From: an uncultured Chitinophagaceae bacterium
Lineage (GTDB): Bacteria; Bacteroidota; Bacteroidia; Chitinophagales; CAIOSU01
Direction of reading: 5' to 3'
NCBI GenBank assembly: GCA_964430605.1
Contig: CAYSGX010000002.1
Coordinates: 1 to 38,159 of the forward strand
Length of the DNA: 38,159 nt
Below are positions 8,197 through 16,886 of this stretch, piece by piece (positions within the stretch are counted from its first letter, which is position 1; every line of letters starts with the position of its first letter). A program made the position numbers and the translations under genes. Below the pieces are notes generated by a model that saw only the letters and a list, made by a program, of their open reading frames with translations, was not told the DNA's origin and made no database searches.

Positions 8197-9339
8197 ATGA
8201 AGAACCACGTTTTTCTGTCGCAAAAATTAATAGTGATAATTCGCTGCAAATTATTTTTAGTTTTAGTACTGCTCTCCTGCAACATTCAGGCACAAGTAGG
8301 TGGCAGAAGCGTGTATAGCTTCTTAAACCTTCCCGCATCGGCAAGAATTACTGCCAATGGCGGCAATTTAATTACCGTTTCAGATCATGATGTTGCTTTA
8401 GCCTTTCACAACCCTTCGTTGTTAAACTATGCTATGAATAACCGCGCATCGGCATCAACTTCAGCCTATTATGGCGGCATTAATTTCGGCAATTTCAGTT
8501 ATGCCCGCCAGGTAAAAGAACTGGCAATGTTTCATTGGGGTGTTCATTATGATACCTACGGAAAATTTACCGGTGCAGATGAAACGGGCGCGGTTACCGG
8601 AGAATTCAGGGCTAACGATATTGCCTTGTATGCCGGTGCTTCGCGCGCTTACAAAGAAAAATACAATTACGGTGTAAATGTGAAGCTGCTTTCTTCTAAC
8701 TATGAAAGCTATAATTCATTTGGCATTGCTACCGACTGGGCCGCTGCCTATAATGATACCGCAAAACAATTTACCGCTTCATTATTAATAAAAAATATCG
8801 GCTTTCAGTTTAAACCATTTATACCCGGTAACAGAGACCCTTTGCCTTTTGAAGTGCAAATTGGTTTTTCTAAAAGGCTGAAACATGTGCCTTTCAGGAT
8901 AAGTGTAGTAGCGCAAAATTTACAGCGTTTTAACCTGCGCTATGAAGGCGAAGGAGCGCAACAATCGCAAACACTTTTTGGCGACTCTACCGATAATGAA
9001 GAAAAAAAAGCCGCTGTATTTTTTGATAATGTTGCCCGGCATTTTAACATCAGTGGCGAGCTGTATTTAGGTAGATTATTTACCGTTGCTTTTGGCTATA
9101 ACCATTTACGCAGAAAAGAACTGGCTGTAGAAACCAGAAAAGGACTGGCCGGATTTTCTTTTGGCGCAGGAATAAATATCAAAATGTTTTCGTTTTGGTA
9201 TGCCAGGGGCCGCTATCATATCGCAGGCGCTTCTAACCATGTAACTGTGGGCATAGACATCAATAAGTTTATGAAAAAAAATAAGGTAGTTAAAGAATCG
9301 AAGCCATTAGAAATGCCTCCGCTACCTGTAGAAAATTAA
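8197..9339 (+). CDS. porQ: Outer-membrane beta-barrel protein, probable type IX secretion protein PorQ
   Basis: 380-aa ORF with a signal peptide (LFLVLVLLSCNIQAQ), then GGRSVYSFLNLPASARITANGG and a beta-strand-rich body, as I remember for the PorQ family. From memory, porQ-cmk adjacency is common in Bacteroidota. Needs HMM confirmation. Confidence 0.55.
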   Translation: MKNHVFLSQKLIVIIRCKLFLVLVLLSCNIQAQVGGRSVYSFLNLPASARITANGGNLITVSDHDVALAFHNPSLLNYAMNNRASASTSAYYGGINFGNFSYARQVKELAMFHWGVHYDTYGKFTGADETGAVTGEFRANDIALYAGASRAYKEKYNYGVNVKLLSSNYESYNSFGIATDWAAAYNDTAKQFTASLLIKNIGFQFKPFIPGNRDPLPFEVQIGFSKRLKHVPFRISVVAQNLQRFNLRYEGEGAQQSQTLFGDSTDNEEKKAAVFFDNVARHFNISGELYLGRLFTVAFGYNHLRRKELAVETRKGLAGFSFGAGINIKMFSFWYARGRYHIAGASNHVTVGIDINKFMKKNKVVKESKPLEMPPLPVEN

Positions 9340-9346
9340 TATTGCC

Positions 9347-10063
9347 GTGGCGAAAAAAGAAAATGTTGACGAAAAAATTATCGTTGCGATAGATGGTTAT
9401 TCTTCTTGCGGCAAAAGTACCTTAGCAAAAGACTTAGCGAAAAAGTTGCAATACGTATATATAGATTCGGGGGCTATGTACCGTGCAGTGGGCTTGTATT
9501 GCCTGCAACATAATATTGACATAAACGTTGAGGCAGATGTGGTTGCCGCTTTACCCAAAATAAAAATAAGTTTCAGGTATAACAGCGATACTAATACGAA
9601 CGAAACATACCTGAACAGTAAAAATATTGAGGCAGCTATCAGAAGTTTAGAAGTAGCGTCAATGGCAAGCACAGTAAGCAAATACAAAAAAGTGAGAGAA
9701 GCTATGGTAGCGCAGCAACAGCTTTTCGGAAAAGAAAAAGGCATTGTGATGGACGGAAGGGATATTGGCACGGTGGTATTTCCTGATGCTGAACTGAAAT
9801 TATTTATTACCGCCAGTATTGAAGTGCGCACCGAGAGAAGATTTAAAGAACTGGCACAAAAAGGCATTCTTACTACAAAAGAAAAAGTAGCCGAAAATTT
9901 AAAAGAGCGCGATGAAAATGATATTAACAGAGCAGAAAGCCCGTTAAGAAAAGCAGATGACGCTAAAGAAATTGACAACTCTTTTTTATCTACAACCGAG
10001 CAGTTAAATCTTGCCTGCTATTTTGTAAATGAAGTAATGAAAAAATATCATCAAGCTTCATAG
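9347..10063 (+). CDS. cmk: (d)CMP kinase (cytidylate kinase)
   Basis: GTG start. P-loop IAIDGYSSCGKST, plus YIDSGAMYRA and GIVMDGRDIGTVVFPDAELK. Confidence 0.93.
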   Translation: MAKKENVDEKIIVAIDGYSSCGKSTLAKDLAKKLQYVYIDSGAMYRAVGLYCLQHNIDINVEADVVAALPKIKISFRYNSDTNTNETYLNSKNIEAAIRSLEVASMASTVSKYKKVREAMVAQQQLFGKEKGIVMDGRDIGTVVFPDAELKLFITASIEVRTERRFKELAQKGILTTKEKVAENLKERDENDINRAESPLRKADDAKEIDNSFLSTTEQLNLACYFVNEVMKKYHQAS

Positions 10064-10110
10064 TAAACGGTTTGCAGATTTGCGATGGGCGGATTTTTTA
10101 AACCAATTTT

Positions 10111-10205
10111 TCTTTGTGTTGGCTTTGCAAGTTCTTATGTTCCCGATAGCTATCGGGATTGGTTTGAGTGTCAGCATTAAGCGGTTTGCAAATGTGCTTG
10201 CAAAT
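10111..10205. repeat. TG-rich intergenic repeat, copy C (left border of island 2), split by a segment holding an 18-bp perfect palindrome
   Basis: TTTGTGTTGGCTTTGCAAG (10113-10131) and GCGGTTTGCAAATGTGCTTGCAAAT (10181-10205) resemble the two halves of the A/B unit. Between them lies TCCCGATAGCTATCGGGA (10141-10158), which is self-complementary and followed by TTGGTTT. It may be a small terminator for cmk. Confidence 0.6.
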
Positions 10206-10215
10206 AGCGTTGATG

Positions 10216-11241
10216 TTATTCATTTTGGTTCATCTGCGAACGAATGAGTGCAATTTCCTGTATCAATTCTTCTTCTGTCGGAATATATAGTTTGTATTTG
10301 GTCGCAAATAATTTTTGGTTGTCGTTAAGTATTGAAAAACGCACTTCCGCACGGTCTTTTTCTTCGCAAAGAATAATTCCGATTGTCGGGTTGTCGCCTT
10401 CGGTGCGTTTCAGTTCGTCATACATACGCACATACATATCCATTTGTCCAACGTCTTGGTGTGTCAATTTTCCTATTTTCAGGTCTATCAGCACAAAGCA
10501 TTTCAGAATATAGTTGTAAAACACCAAGTCAATGTAATAATGTGAAAGTTCTGTATTGATACGTTGTTGGCGGTTTACAAACGAAAATCCTTTGCCGAGT
10601 TCCAATAGGAATTTTTGCAAGTTGTCAATAATGGCTTGTTCTACTTGGCTTTCGCTGAATTTTTGATTTTCTTTTAATTCGTAAAAATCCAACACAAGCG
10701 GGTCTTTCAAAATAAAATCCTGTGGATTTAGGGAAAGTTGGTTTGAATTTTCGGTACTTAATTCATTTAAAGTTTCTTTGTGTGTTGAAATCAAGCGTTC
10801 GTAATAGTGTTTGTCCACTTGTTCGTCTAAAAACCTTGTACTCCAAACATTTTGAGCCGCTTCGTTCATATAAAGTTCTCTGGCTTTCGGGTTTTCAACA
10901 CGCAAAAGCGAACGGTAATGTGTCCAACTTAATTCTTTACGCAGTGCGTAAACATTTGGAAATTGCAGGTAAAATTTACGCATATTGGTAAGGTTCACAT
11001 AGGTAAAACCTTTGCCAAACTCCTTTTGTAAGCGTTCAGAAACAGATTTTAGCAAACTTTCGCCATATTTAGCGTATTGTTCGCCTCCTTGTTCTTCCAC
11101 AATTTTTTGCCCAATATGCCAATAGGTTTCTACCATAGCAAAATTAGCCGCTTGAAACACTTTTTGGCGGGCATTTAGTATCAGTTCTCTTGAAAACTGA
11201 TACAAATTATTGCTGTTTTCTATGTTTTGTTGTTCAGGCAT
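10216..11241 (-). CDS. DUF1016/YhcG-family PD-(D/E)XK nuclease-domain protein
   Basis: 341 aa. N-terminal DUF1016 pattern: YWHIGQKIVE, KYGESLLKSVSERL, SWTHYRSLLRV. C-terminal nuclease core: YYIDLVFYN..FVLIDLKIGK. Confidence 0.85.
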   Translation of the reverse strand: MPEQQNIENSNNLYQFSRELILNARQKVFQAANFAMVETYWHIGQKIVEEQGGEQYAKYGESLLKSVSERLQKEFGKGFTYVNLTNMRKFYLQFPNVYALRKELSWTHYRSLLRVENPKARELYMNEAAQNVWSTRFLDEQVDKHYYERLISTHKETLNELSTENSNQLSLNPQDFILKDPLVLDFYELKENQKFSESQVEQAIIDNLQKFLLELGKGFSFVNRQQRINTELSHYYIDLVFYNYILKCFVLIDLKIGKLTHQDVGQMDMYVRMYDELKRTEGDNPTIGIILCEEKDRAEVRFSILNDNQKLFATKYKLYIPTEEELIQEIALIRSQMNQNE

Positions 11242-11250
11242 TGTTTACAT

Positions 11251-12009
11251 CTAATAATTTTGTTTTATCAATGATTTCAATTCCTCAACAGACACCAGTT
11301 CCTTTCCCCGATGGATTATAGAATGGCAATTAGGACATACCGGAATCAAATCTTTTATCGGGTCAAGAACATATTCTTTGCCGATTTTTGATAATGGAAC
11401 AATATGATGAACATGAATGAAACCTTTTCCTATTTCTCCATAAAAGTTATAAAAATCGAAACCACAAGCATTACAAACCGCTCCATAGTGTTCAATACAT
11501 AACCTTCGTGCAAGCGGATTTCTTTCAAACTTATTTATGACAACCGATTTTACAGCACCTTCGTAAATGGGAGAATCTTCGCTAACATAAGATTGTATTT
11601 CATCATCAAGCGGATAATAAAAACTTTCATTTAATTGCCAAGAGATTTTAACCGGAGTGCTATCTATAAAATCTTTAATCTTAACCGTTCCTTCAAATGT
11701 AAAAGGTTCTTTATCGTTAGTTCTGGTAAAAAGGAAAATACTTTGATTAGGTTCGGGGTTTAGCATTTTTCTTATTGAAGGTTGATTTATGTTAGAATTT
11801 GTTTTGGCTTCCCATTTAAAAATTTCCCCGTCCCAAAAGTTATTATAATCATGTCCTGTCCTTCCCGGGATTCCGACATTTGAAAAGATATAAATATTTC
11901 CTTCGTATTCTCTGTATCCTGTATCCCAAGCTCCTTTTTTCCTTTCATCAGGAACTTTTAAAAGCTCGTAAATATCGTTTTTAGTGTATGTTTTATTTAC
12001 TTCAAACAT
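11251..12009 (-). CDS. HNH endonuclease with an N-terminal DUF3427-like (putative DNA/modification reader) domain; Type IV-restriction-like
   Basis: 252 aa. C-terminal His-Me finger: CNACGFDF..HVHHIVPLS..PVCPNCHSIIH. The N-terminal ~135 aa (IYIFSNVG..HDYNNFWDGEIFKWEA..SIFLFTR..PFTFEGTV..PVKISWQL) matches my memory of the DUF3427 pattern but needs an HMM test. Confidence 0.8.
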   Translation of the reverse strand: MFEVNKTYTKNDIYELLKVPDERKKGAWDTGYREYEGNIYIFSNVGIPGRTGHDYNNFWDGEIFKWEAKTNSNINQPSIRKMLNPEPNQSIFLFTRTNDKEPFTFEGTVKIKDFIDSTPVKISWQLNESFYYPLDDEIQSYVSEDSPIYEGAVKSVVINKFERNPLARRLCIEHYGAVCNACGFDFYNFYGEIGKGFIHVHHIVPLSKIGKEYVLDPIKDLIPVCPNCHSIIHRGKELVSVEELKSLIKQNY

Positions 12010-12010
12010 A

Positions 12011-13321
12011 TTAAGGATACATAATTGCTATTCCAAGCCTTGCGGTATGGGAAGATAGTTTTTGCAGAATATCAGCAAATAATTTATCCTTCGCTTTCAT
12101 TAAGATTTTATATTTAGAAGAATCTTTTAACTCACTTTCTTTAATCGTTTGAAATCTGTAAAAATCAAAAATTATCATTTGAGGTTTTTCAAACCCCTCA
12201 ATATTTACCGGATATAAAAAAGTGTAAAAATTTTCGGCTTTAAAAAGGCTTTTATCCCCTTTCAAAATAGGTTTATCATAATCCATTTGTATTCCTCCTA
12301 CAATTCTTGAAAACGATTGCTTTTTATTTAGAGCAAAATCACAAGGCGGAGTTATTTCTACACAAATTCTACGCTTCTTTAAGTTTTTAAAGTCATCGTG
12401 AGTGTCTATATTTATTTCATTATTTTTTTTATCCAGAATTTCTTTAATGTAAAGAGGTGAATTTTCATCAGCAATCTCATATATGTTTCCCGGAATTACG
12501 GAATCTTGTGATAAGTTTTGGAAATCTAACAGTAGTAATGAGTTAAGTTTTGAGAATACTTTTGTTTTTTCTTCAGCCGATTCATTGTATGTCAGATTAT
12601 TCGGTTGTGAGAATAAATTTTGAATGTTTTGATAGTTATTGGATGTTTCAAACTGTAAAGTATCCATTAATGATTTCACTAAGTCTTTTTGTAAATCATA
12701 ATTTGCGGTACTGCTTTGAGGTATTCCGGTATAGTTACAGGCTAAAGTATATAAGACGGATTCGAGATGTTTATTTTTTTTATCATTTGTATCAAACAAA
12801 TCATACAATGTTGATATGGTACAATCCGAACCTTTCTTAACGGCTTTGTTCCACTCAATGAAAAATGAAGATGAAACATCTTTTGCTAATTTTTCTTCTA
12901 ATTCCTCTAAAACCCCTTCATAATTCCCTTTTGTTTTATATTTGTTCTTTTCCAAAGAAACAACAAATAACGGTAAAGTAAACGAGTTTGTTTTTAAGTA
13001 TATCTTATCGCAAAATTCTCCAAAATGATTAGAATGTTTAGTCCATAATACTACTCCATACGTACCAAAGTCTTTATCTATAATTGTTTTAAAATATTTT
13101 CTTATCAGTGCGATATTTTCGGTACTACTTCTTTCATCTTGCAGATATAAATCCAAAAAAATTAATTTCCTGTTGTTAAAAGAAGTACTTTTTGTTTCCA
13201 ATTCATTTGGATGATAATATTTAGTCCAAATATCTTTTTCTTCCAAATATTTTATCAAATCGTTTACTTCTTCCTTATCATCATCGATAACCAAAGCACT
13301 TGTTATAAATCCTTGTAACAT
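12011..13321 (-). CDS. Receiver (REC) domain protein with an unassigned ~300-aa C-terminal domain (candidate effector)
   Basis: Track ORF 12011-13417, but its first 32 codons overlap the upstream gene. The ATG at 13321 lies 4 nt after the upstream stop. REC signature: ALVIDDD, LIFLDLYL (candidate phospho-acceptor D57, nt 13151-13153), VVLWTKH (T94), VVSLEK (K125). I recognise no motif in residues ~135-437. Confidence 0.65.
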   Translation of the reverse strand: MLQGFITSALVIDDDKEEVNDLIKYLEEKDIWTKYYHPNELETKSTSFNNRKLIFLDLYLQDERSSTENIALIRKYFKTIIDKDFGTYGVVLWTKHSNHFGEFCDKIYLKTNSFTLPLFVVSLEKNKYKTKGNYEGVLEELEEKLAKDVSSSFFIEWNKAVKKGSDCTISTLYDLFDTNDKKNKHLESVLYTLACNYTGIPQSSTANYDLQKDLVKSLMDTLQFETSNNYQNIQNLFSQPNNLTYNESAEEKTKVFSKLNSLLLLDFQNLSQDSVIPGNIYEIADENSPLYIKEILDKKNNEINIDTHDDFKNLKKRRICVEITPPCDFALNKKQSFSRIVGGIQMDYDKPILKGDKSLFKAENFYTFLYPVNIEGFEKPQMIIFDFYRFQTIKESELKDSSKYKILMKAKDKLFADILQKLSSHTARLGIAIMYP

Positions 13322-13325
13322 ATTT

Positions 13326-15428
13326 TTATTTTTTTTCTTTCGGAAAACAGAGAGCAACAATTGCTTTATTGACTTTATTTTCTTTAACAGGTTTTGGAAA
13401 ATCAATGTCGTTTTCATCTGAAATTAATATTAGCTTACCTTTCATGGCGGTCATCATCTCATTGGCTACATGAAGTCCTAACCCCGAACCGATATTGTGC
13501 GGTTTACCTGTTAAGAAAGGCTTTACGGCAACATCAAAAGGCAAATTAAATCCCGGACCGTTATCGGAAACAATAATCGAGTTATAGCCTTGTATCTGGT
13601 CGGTGATGTATACCGAAATAAACCTGCCGGATTTTCTTGCGTAACTTAACCAATATATAGCATTATCCAAAAGATTTGTTATTACGGATATTGATTCCGC
13701 TTCTGCTAAATAAGCTTCCAACTTGTTCTCTTTCCAGTTTGAAATAACATTAATGGAATGGTCTATAAATCTGAATTCATAATTATCTAAAGCAGTGGAA
13801 ACAATTTTGCTTAAAGGATTGAGCTTAATATCGGATTTTTTAAGCATAGCGGAATAACCTCGTATTATTTTTTCCAATGACAGAGATATTCGAACTGCTT
13901 TTTCTTTTTCGTTTCGTTCAATACAGCCTGTCAATTCAGCTATAAGCTTATCTAATTCGTGTATAACGATACCTAAATTTAATCCGGCATTTGCGCTTTT
14001 TATTAAAACTTCTTTTACCTCTTTATATTGGTCATTAATCCTGTATAAATATTTCAATACTTCATCTTTAACTTCTTTTTCCTTAACTTTTTCTTCTACA
14101 ATATTCATCACCTCATTCAAATCAGATAAAACAGGTTCTACGGCTTTGTGTTTTTTATACAAAGAAGTTAATAAGGATTTATCTATATTTCTTTCTCTAA
14201 CGATTAATGATAATACGTAATCAATGGCTTCAACAAAGTCAAAATAAGATTCGTTTTCTATAAATCCTTCTCTGTTTGTTTTTTCTACCAATCCTTTACT
14301 TAAAGCTCTATCTATTTTAACCGCACCAATAATGATATTGTTGCTGACATTTCCACCTACCCGATGTACTCTTTTCAAATCAATGCCCAACCAATCATTA
14401 TCCCTTTCGCCATAATTATATACTCTTACACCGTCTCTGTAAACCCTTATACCTCCGTTTTCTTTCAAATATGTTTTCAGAGCTGTTTTTTCCGTATTTA
14501 CATAGCTGAATATTTGAGCATCCGTATCGAAAATAATTACATCAAACTCAATTGTTCCGATATTACTTTGATTCAAGTCAATATCTTCGAATTTTCGGGT
14601 ATCGTAATTCCATTTTTTAATTATTTTGTCTTCTTCAATTAAATCGTTTAGGTTTACTTCTCTGCCCTTATCTATTTTTTGTAAACTGCTCCAAGGTTTA
14701 AATTCATATTTAAACTCTATTATTTCACCGTCTTTCATTTTGCAATGTCCGAAGTAAAGAGCATTGTTTTTAATATCTTCAAAATCAGGTAAGCCTTCAA
14801 AAACATTTGTATTGCTTGTCGCTAATACATTAAATGAATCGTTATTTTCGGAAAAAGGACTGTTTAGTGAGGTAATGTTTCTGTGAACTTCCCTTAATTG
14901 TCTTCTATCCCAATCCGTTTTTAAATCTTCAATAATTATTTTTGTACCTGTTGCGTTTAGAAAAACAGTCGGTTTACTTTTTTCATTTACATCTATAGTA
15001 AAATCATCAATGTTTTTTGCAGATTTAAGTTGATTCCAATCTATCTTTAATTCAACTTCATTATCATTTTTTGTTTTGGAAACTAATGTAATTTTATTCC
15101 CCAATTTGTGTATTCCCAATCTCCCTATTCCTTTTTCTCCTAAAGGTATTCTTCCGCAAACATTAGGTTCAAGATTCTTTTTTTTATTATCAGTTCCTAC
15201 CACTAACCAAACCGTTTCAATAATGTTTTTATTCATTCCGAAACCGTCATCTTCAATAGTTAATTTAGTTAACTTATTACCGCTAAATATAAAATCAACG
15301 ATACAATGAGTTGCACACGCATCATAAGAATTTTTAATCAATTCAAATAAGGCGATACTCTCATTTTTAATTAAATCTTCTCCCAGATGAGATAAAACAC
15401 GAGGCGTTATAGAAAACTTTAATTTCAT
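13326..15428 (-). CDS. Dual GHKL protein: N-terminal MutL/MORC/Hsp90-type ATPase fused to a histidine-kinase-like module (H-box + HATPase_c)
   Basis: 700 aa. N-terminal Bergerat motifs: FELIKNSYDA (E29/N33/D36), IEDDGFGM, GEKGIGRLG. Candidate H-box: GIVIHELDKLIAEL (H490, nt 13959-13961). C-terminal kinase-type boxes: ITNLLDNAIYW (N box), VSDNGPGF (G1), GSGLGLHV (G2). The ATG overlaps the dcm stop (ATGA, 15425-15428). Confidence 0.75.
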   Translation of the reverse strand: MKLKFSITPRVLSHLGEDLIKNESIALFELIKNSYDACATHCIVDFIFSGNKLTKLTIEDDGFGMNKNIIETVWLVVGTDNKKKNLEPNVCGRIPLGEKGIGRLGIHKLGNKITLVSKTKNDNEVELKIDWNQLKSAKNIDDFTIDVNEKSKPTVFLNATGTKIIIEDLKTDWDRRQLREVHRNITSLNSPFSENNDSFNVLATSNTNVFEGLPDFEDIKNNALYFGHCKMKDGEIIEFKYEFKPWSSLQKIDKGREVNLNDLIEEDKIIKKWNYDTRKFEDIDLNQSNIGTIEFDVIIFDTDAQIFSYVNTEKTALKTYLKENGGIRVYRDGVRVYNYGERDNDWLGIDLKRVHRVGGNVSNNIIIGAVKIDRALSKGLVEKTNREGFIENESYFDFVEAIDYVLSLIVRERNIDKSLLTSLYKKHKAVEPVLSDLNEVMNIVEEKVKEKEVKDEVLKYLYRINDQYKEVKEVLIKSANAGLNLGIVIHELDKLIAELTGCIERNEKEKAVRISLSLEKIIRGYSAMLKKSDIKLNPLSKIVSTALDNYEFRFIDHSINVISNWKENKLEAYLAEAESISVITNLLDNAIYWLSYARKSGRFISVYITDQIQGYNSIIVSDNGPGFNLPFDVAVKPFLTGKPHNIGSGLGLHVANEMMTAMKGKLILISDENDIDFPKPVKENKVNKAIVALCFPKEKK

Positions 15429-16483
15429 TTCCCCCTGTTTTGTATTATTGCTTTTCCAATAGCTTGGGCATATTTTGGCGGAACGGCATTTCCTATCATT
15501 CTTGCGGTATTTGAAATGCTTGTTGTTTTAAAAATGTAATTTTTAGGAAATGATTGTAATACTGCTCCTTCTCGTAAGGAAATGGCTCTGTTTTCTTCCG
15601 GATGTGCAAATCGTCCGTTTGAAATACTGAAAAACTTTGTTGTAATTGTGGGAGAAGGTTTGTCCCACCACATTCTGCCGTATGTATCTTTAAAATTGTC
15701 TTTATCGTTTTTATGACAATTGGGTGCTAATTCGGAATTGTCGGCATAAGCTAATCTTGTTCCACCATTTTTTTTCGTTACGGCAAGCCTTTTTAAATTG
15801 ATTTCTTGTAATCCCGCCACTGTATGCAGAAAAGTAGAATTGTCTTTATACCCCGCTTTTACTTTTGGGAAACCGTTGTGTTCTCCTAAAACATCTCTAA
15901 CGGTCAGCTTTTCACCTTTAGCTTTTACAGGCTCTATTTCTGTTTTGGTTACTCTGTTGGCAATAAGCGTAAATCTTCTTCTATGTTGTGGAACACCATA
16001 ATTACTTACTTCGTGAACATCAAAATGCACTTTATAGTTATTATCCTTTAGCCACTCGATAAAATCTTCCAATCCGCTTTCAGTTTTTCTTCTCAAAACG
16101 CCCGGTACATTTTCAACAATCACATAACCCGGTACAAAATATTCTACAAAACGCCTAAACTCTTTCAATAAATCTTTTGATTTTTCCGATTTATTTTTGT
16201 CCGTGTTAATGATGCTCCAAAATTGACACGGACTGCAACCGATAAGCACCAAATTTTTATCGTTTTTCTTTAATGAAAGTTGTTTTTCTAACTCTGTTTC
16301 CTTTAATTCAAAAACATCAGCGTGAATAAATTTTGCTCCTTTTATGTTTGATATGTACGTCTCTTCGCAGGTTTTATCAAAATCTATTCCCGCAAGAATT
16401 TCTATTCCTGCTTGCTGCATTCCGTAGCTCATTCCGCCTCCGGAACAGAAAAAATCAACTGCTTTTATGTTGTTTTTTTGCAT
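15425..16483 (-). CDS. dcm: DNA (cytosine-5)-methyltransferase
   Basis: 352 aa with FCSGGGMS (motif I), GCSPCQFWS (motif IV, PCQ), IVENVPG (motif VI), QHRRRF (motif VIII) and GNAVPP (motif X). Confidence 0.93.
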   Translation of the reverse strand: MQKNNIKAVDFFCSGGGMSYGMQQAGIEILAGIDFDKTCEETYISNIKGAKFIHADVFELKETELEKQLSLKKNDKNLVLIGCSPCQFWSIINTDKNKSEKSKDLLKEFRRFVEYFVPGYVIVENVPGVLRRKTESGLEDFIEWLKDNNYKVHFDVHEVSNYGVPQHRRRFTLIANRVTKTEIEPVKAKGEKLTVRDVLGEHNGFPKVKAGYKDNSTFLHTVAGLQEINLKRLAVTKKNGGTRLAYADNSELAPNCHKNDKDNFKDTYGRMWWDKPSPTITTKFFSISNGRFAHPEENRAISLREGAVLQSFPKNYIFKTTSISNTARMIGNAVPPKYAQAIGKAIIQNRGK

Positions 16484-16886
16484 TAATTACTTCTTCAAAA
16501 GTATCGGCACAAAGTAATGAATTTTTCTCAATATCTCGACCCCAAAACCGCAAAATAATCCAACCTTCCTTTGTCAGTTGTTCGTTCACTTCCTTGTCTC
16601 GCTCTATGTTTCGCTGAATTTTCTTGTGCCAAAATTCAATGTTTGATTTGTGTTCGTGTTTTTTTGATTCCCAATTTTTACCGTGCCAAAATTCACTATC
16701 GCAAAAAACAGCGATTTTATATTTTTTGAAAACGAAATCAGGTTTACCGAAAACCGTTTTGTCATTTTTCTGATAACGATAGCCTCTTTTCCATAATTCT
16801 TTACCCAACAAAACTTCAATTTTTGAACCTTTGTTTTTTACGGCTTGCATATTTTTACGTCTTTGTTCCTTAGTCAATTTATCCAT
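16455..16886 (-). CDS. vsr: Very-short-patch repair endonuclease (T:G mismatch)
   Basis: 143 aa. RRKNMQAVKNKGSKIE..LWKRGYRY..GKPDFVFKKYKIAVFCDSEFWHG..WILRFW matches the Vsr family. The 3' end overlaps the dcm start by 29 nt. Confidence 0.9.
   Translation of the reverse strand: MDKLTKEQRRKNMQAVKNKGSKIEVLLGKELWKRGYRYQKNDKTVFGKPDFVFKKYKIAVFCDSEFWHGKNWESKKHEHKSNIEFWHKKIQRNIERDKEVNEQLTKEGWIILRFWGRDIEKNSLLCADTFEEVINAKKQHKSS

Noticed and set aside
9397-9978. Long antisense ORFs inside real genes (9397-9978 in cmk, 37486-38022 in clpX, 22855-23220 in the LpoB-like gene, 1453-1728, 18438-18809 and others)
   Set aside because: The opposite-strand frames carry unmistakable family motifs. The antisense products are S/F/L/C-rich with no motifs.
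3851-15185. Other homopolymer tracts (A9 at 3851-3859; T8 runs near 6526, 12423, 15178 and 15767) as phase-variation switches
   Set aside because: They mostly encode lysine or phenylalanine runs in AT-rich genes and are short for A/T slippage, so they are expected by chance. Only the A10 tract is kept, as a low-interest finding.
16604-16819. The 71-aa minus-strand ORF nested in vsr
   Set aside because: It is an alternative frame of a gene whose main frame carries the full Vsr signature.
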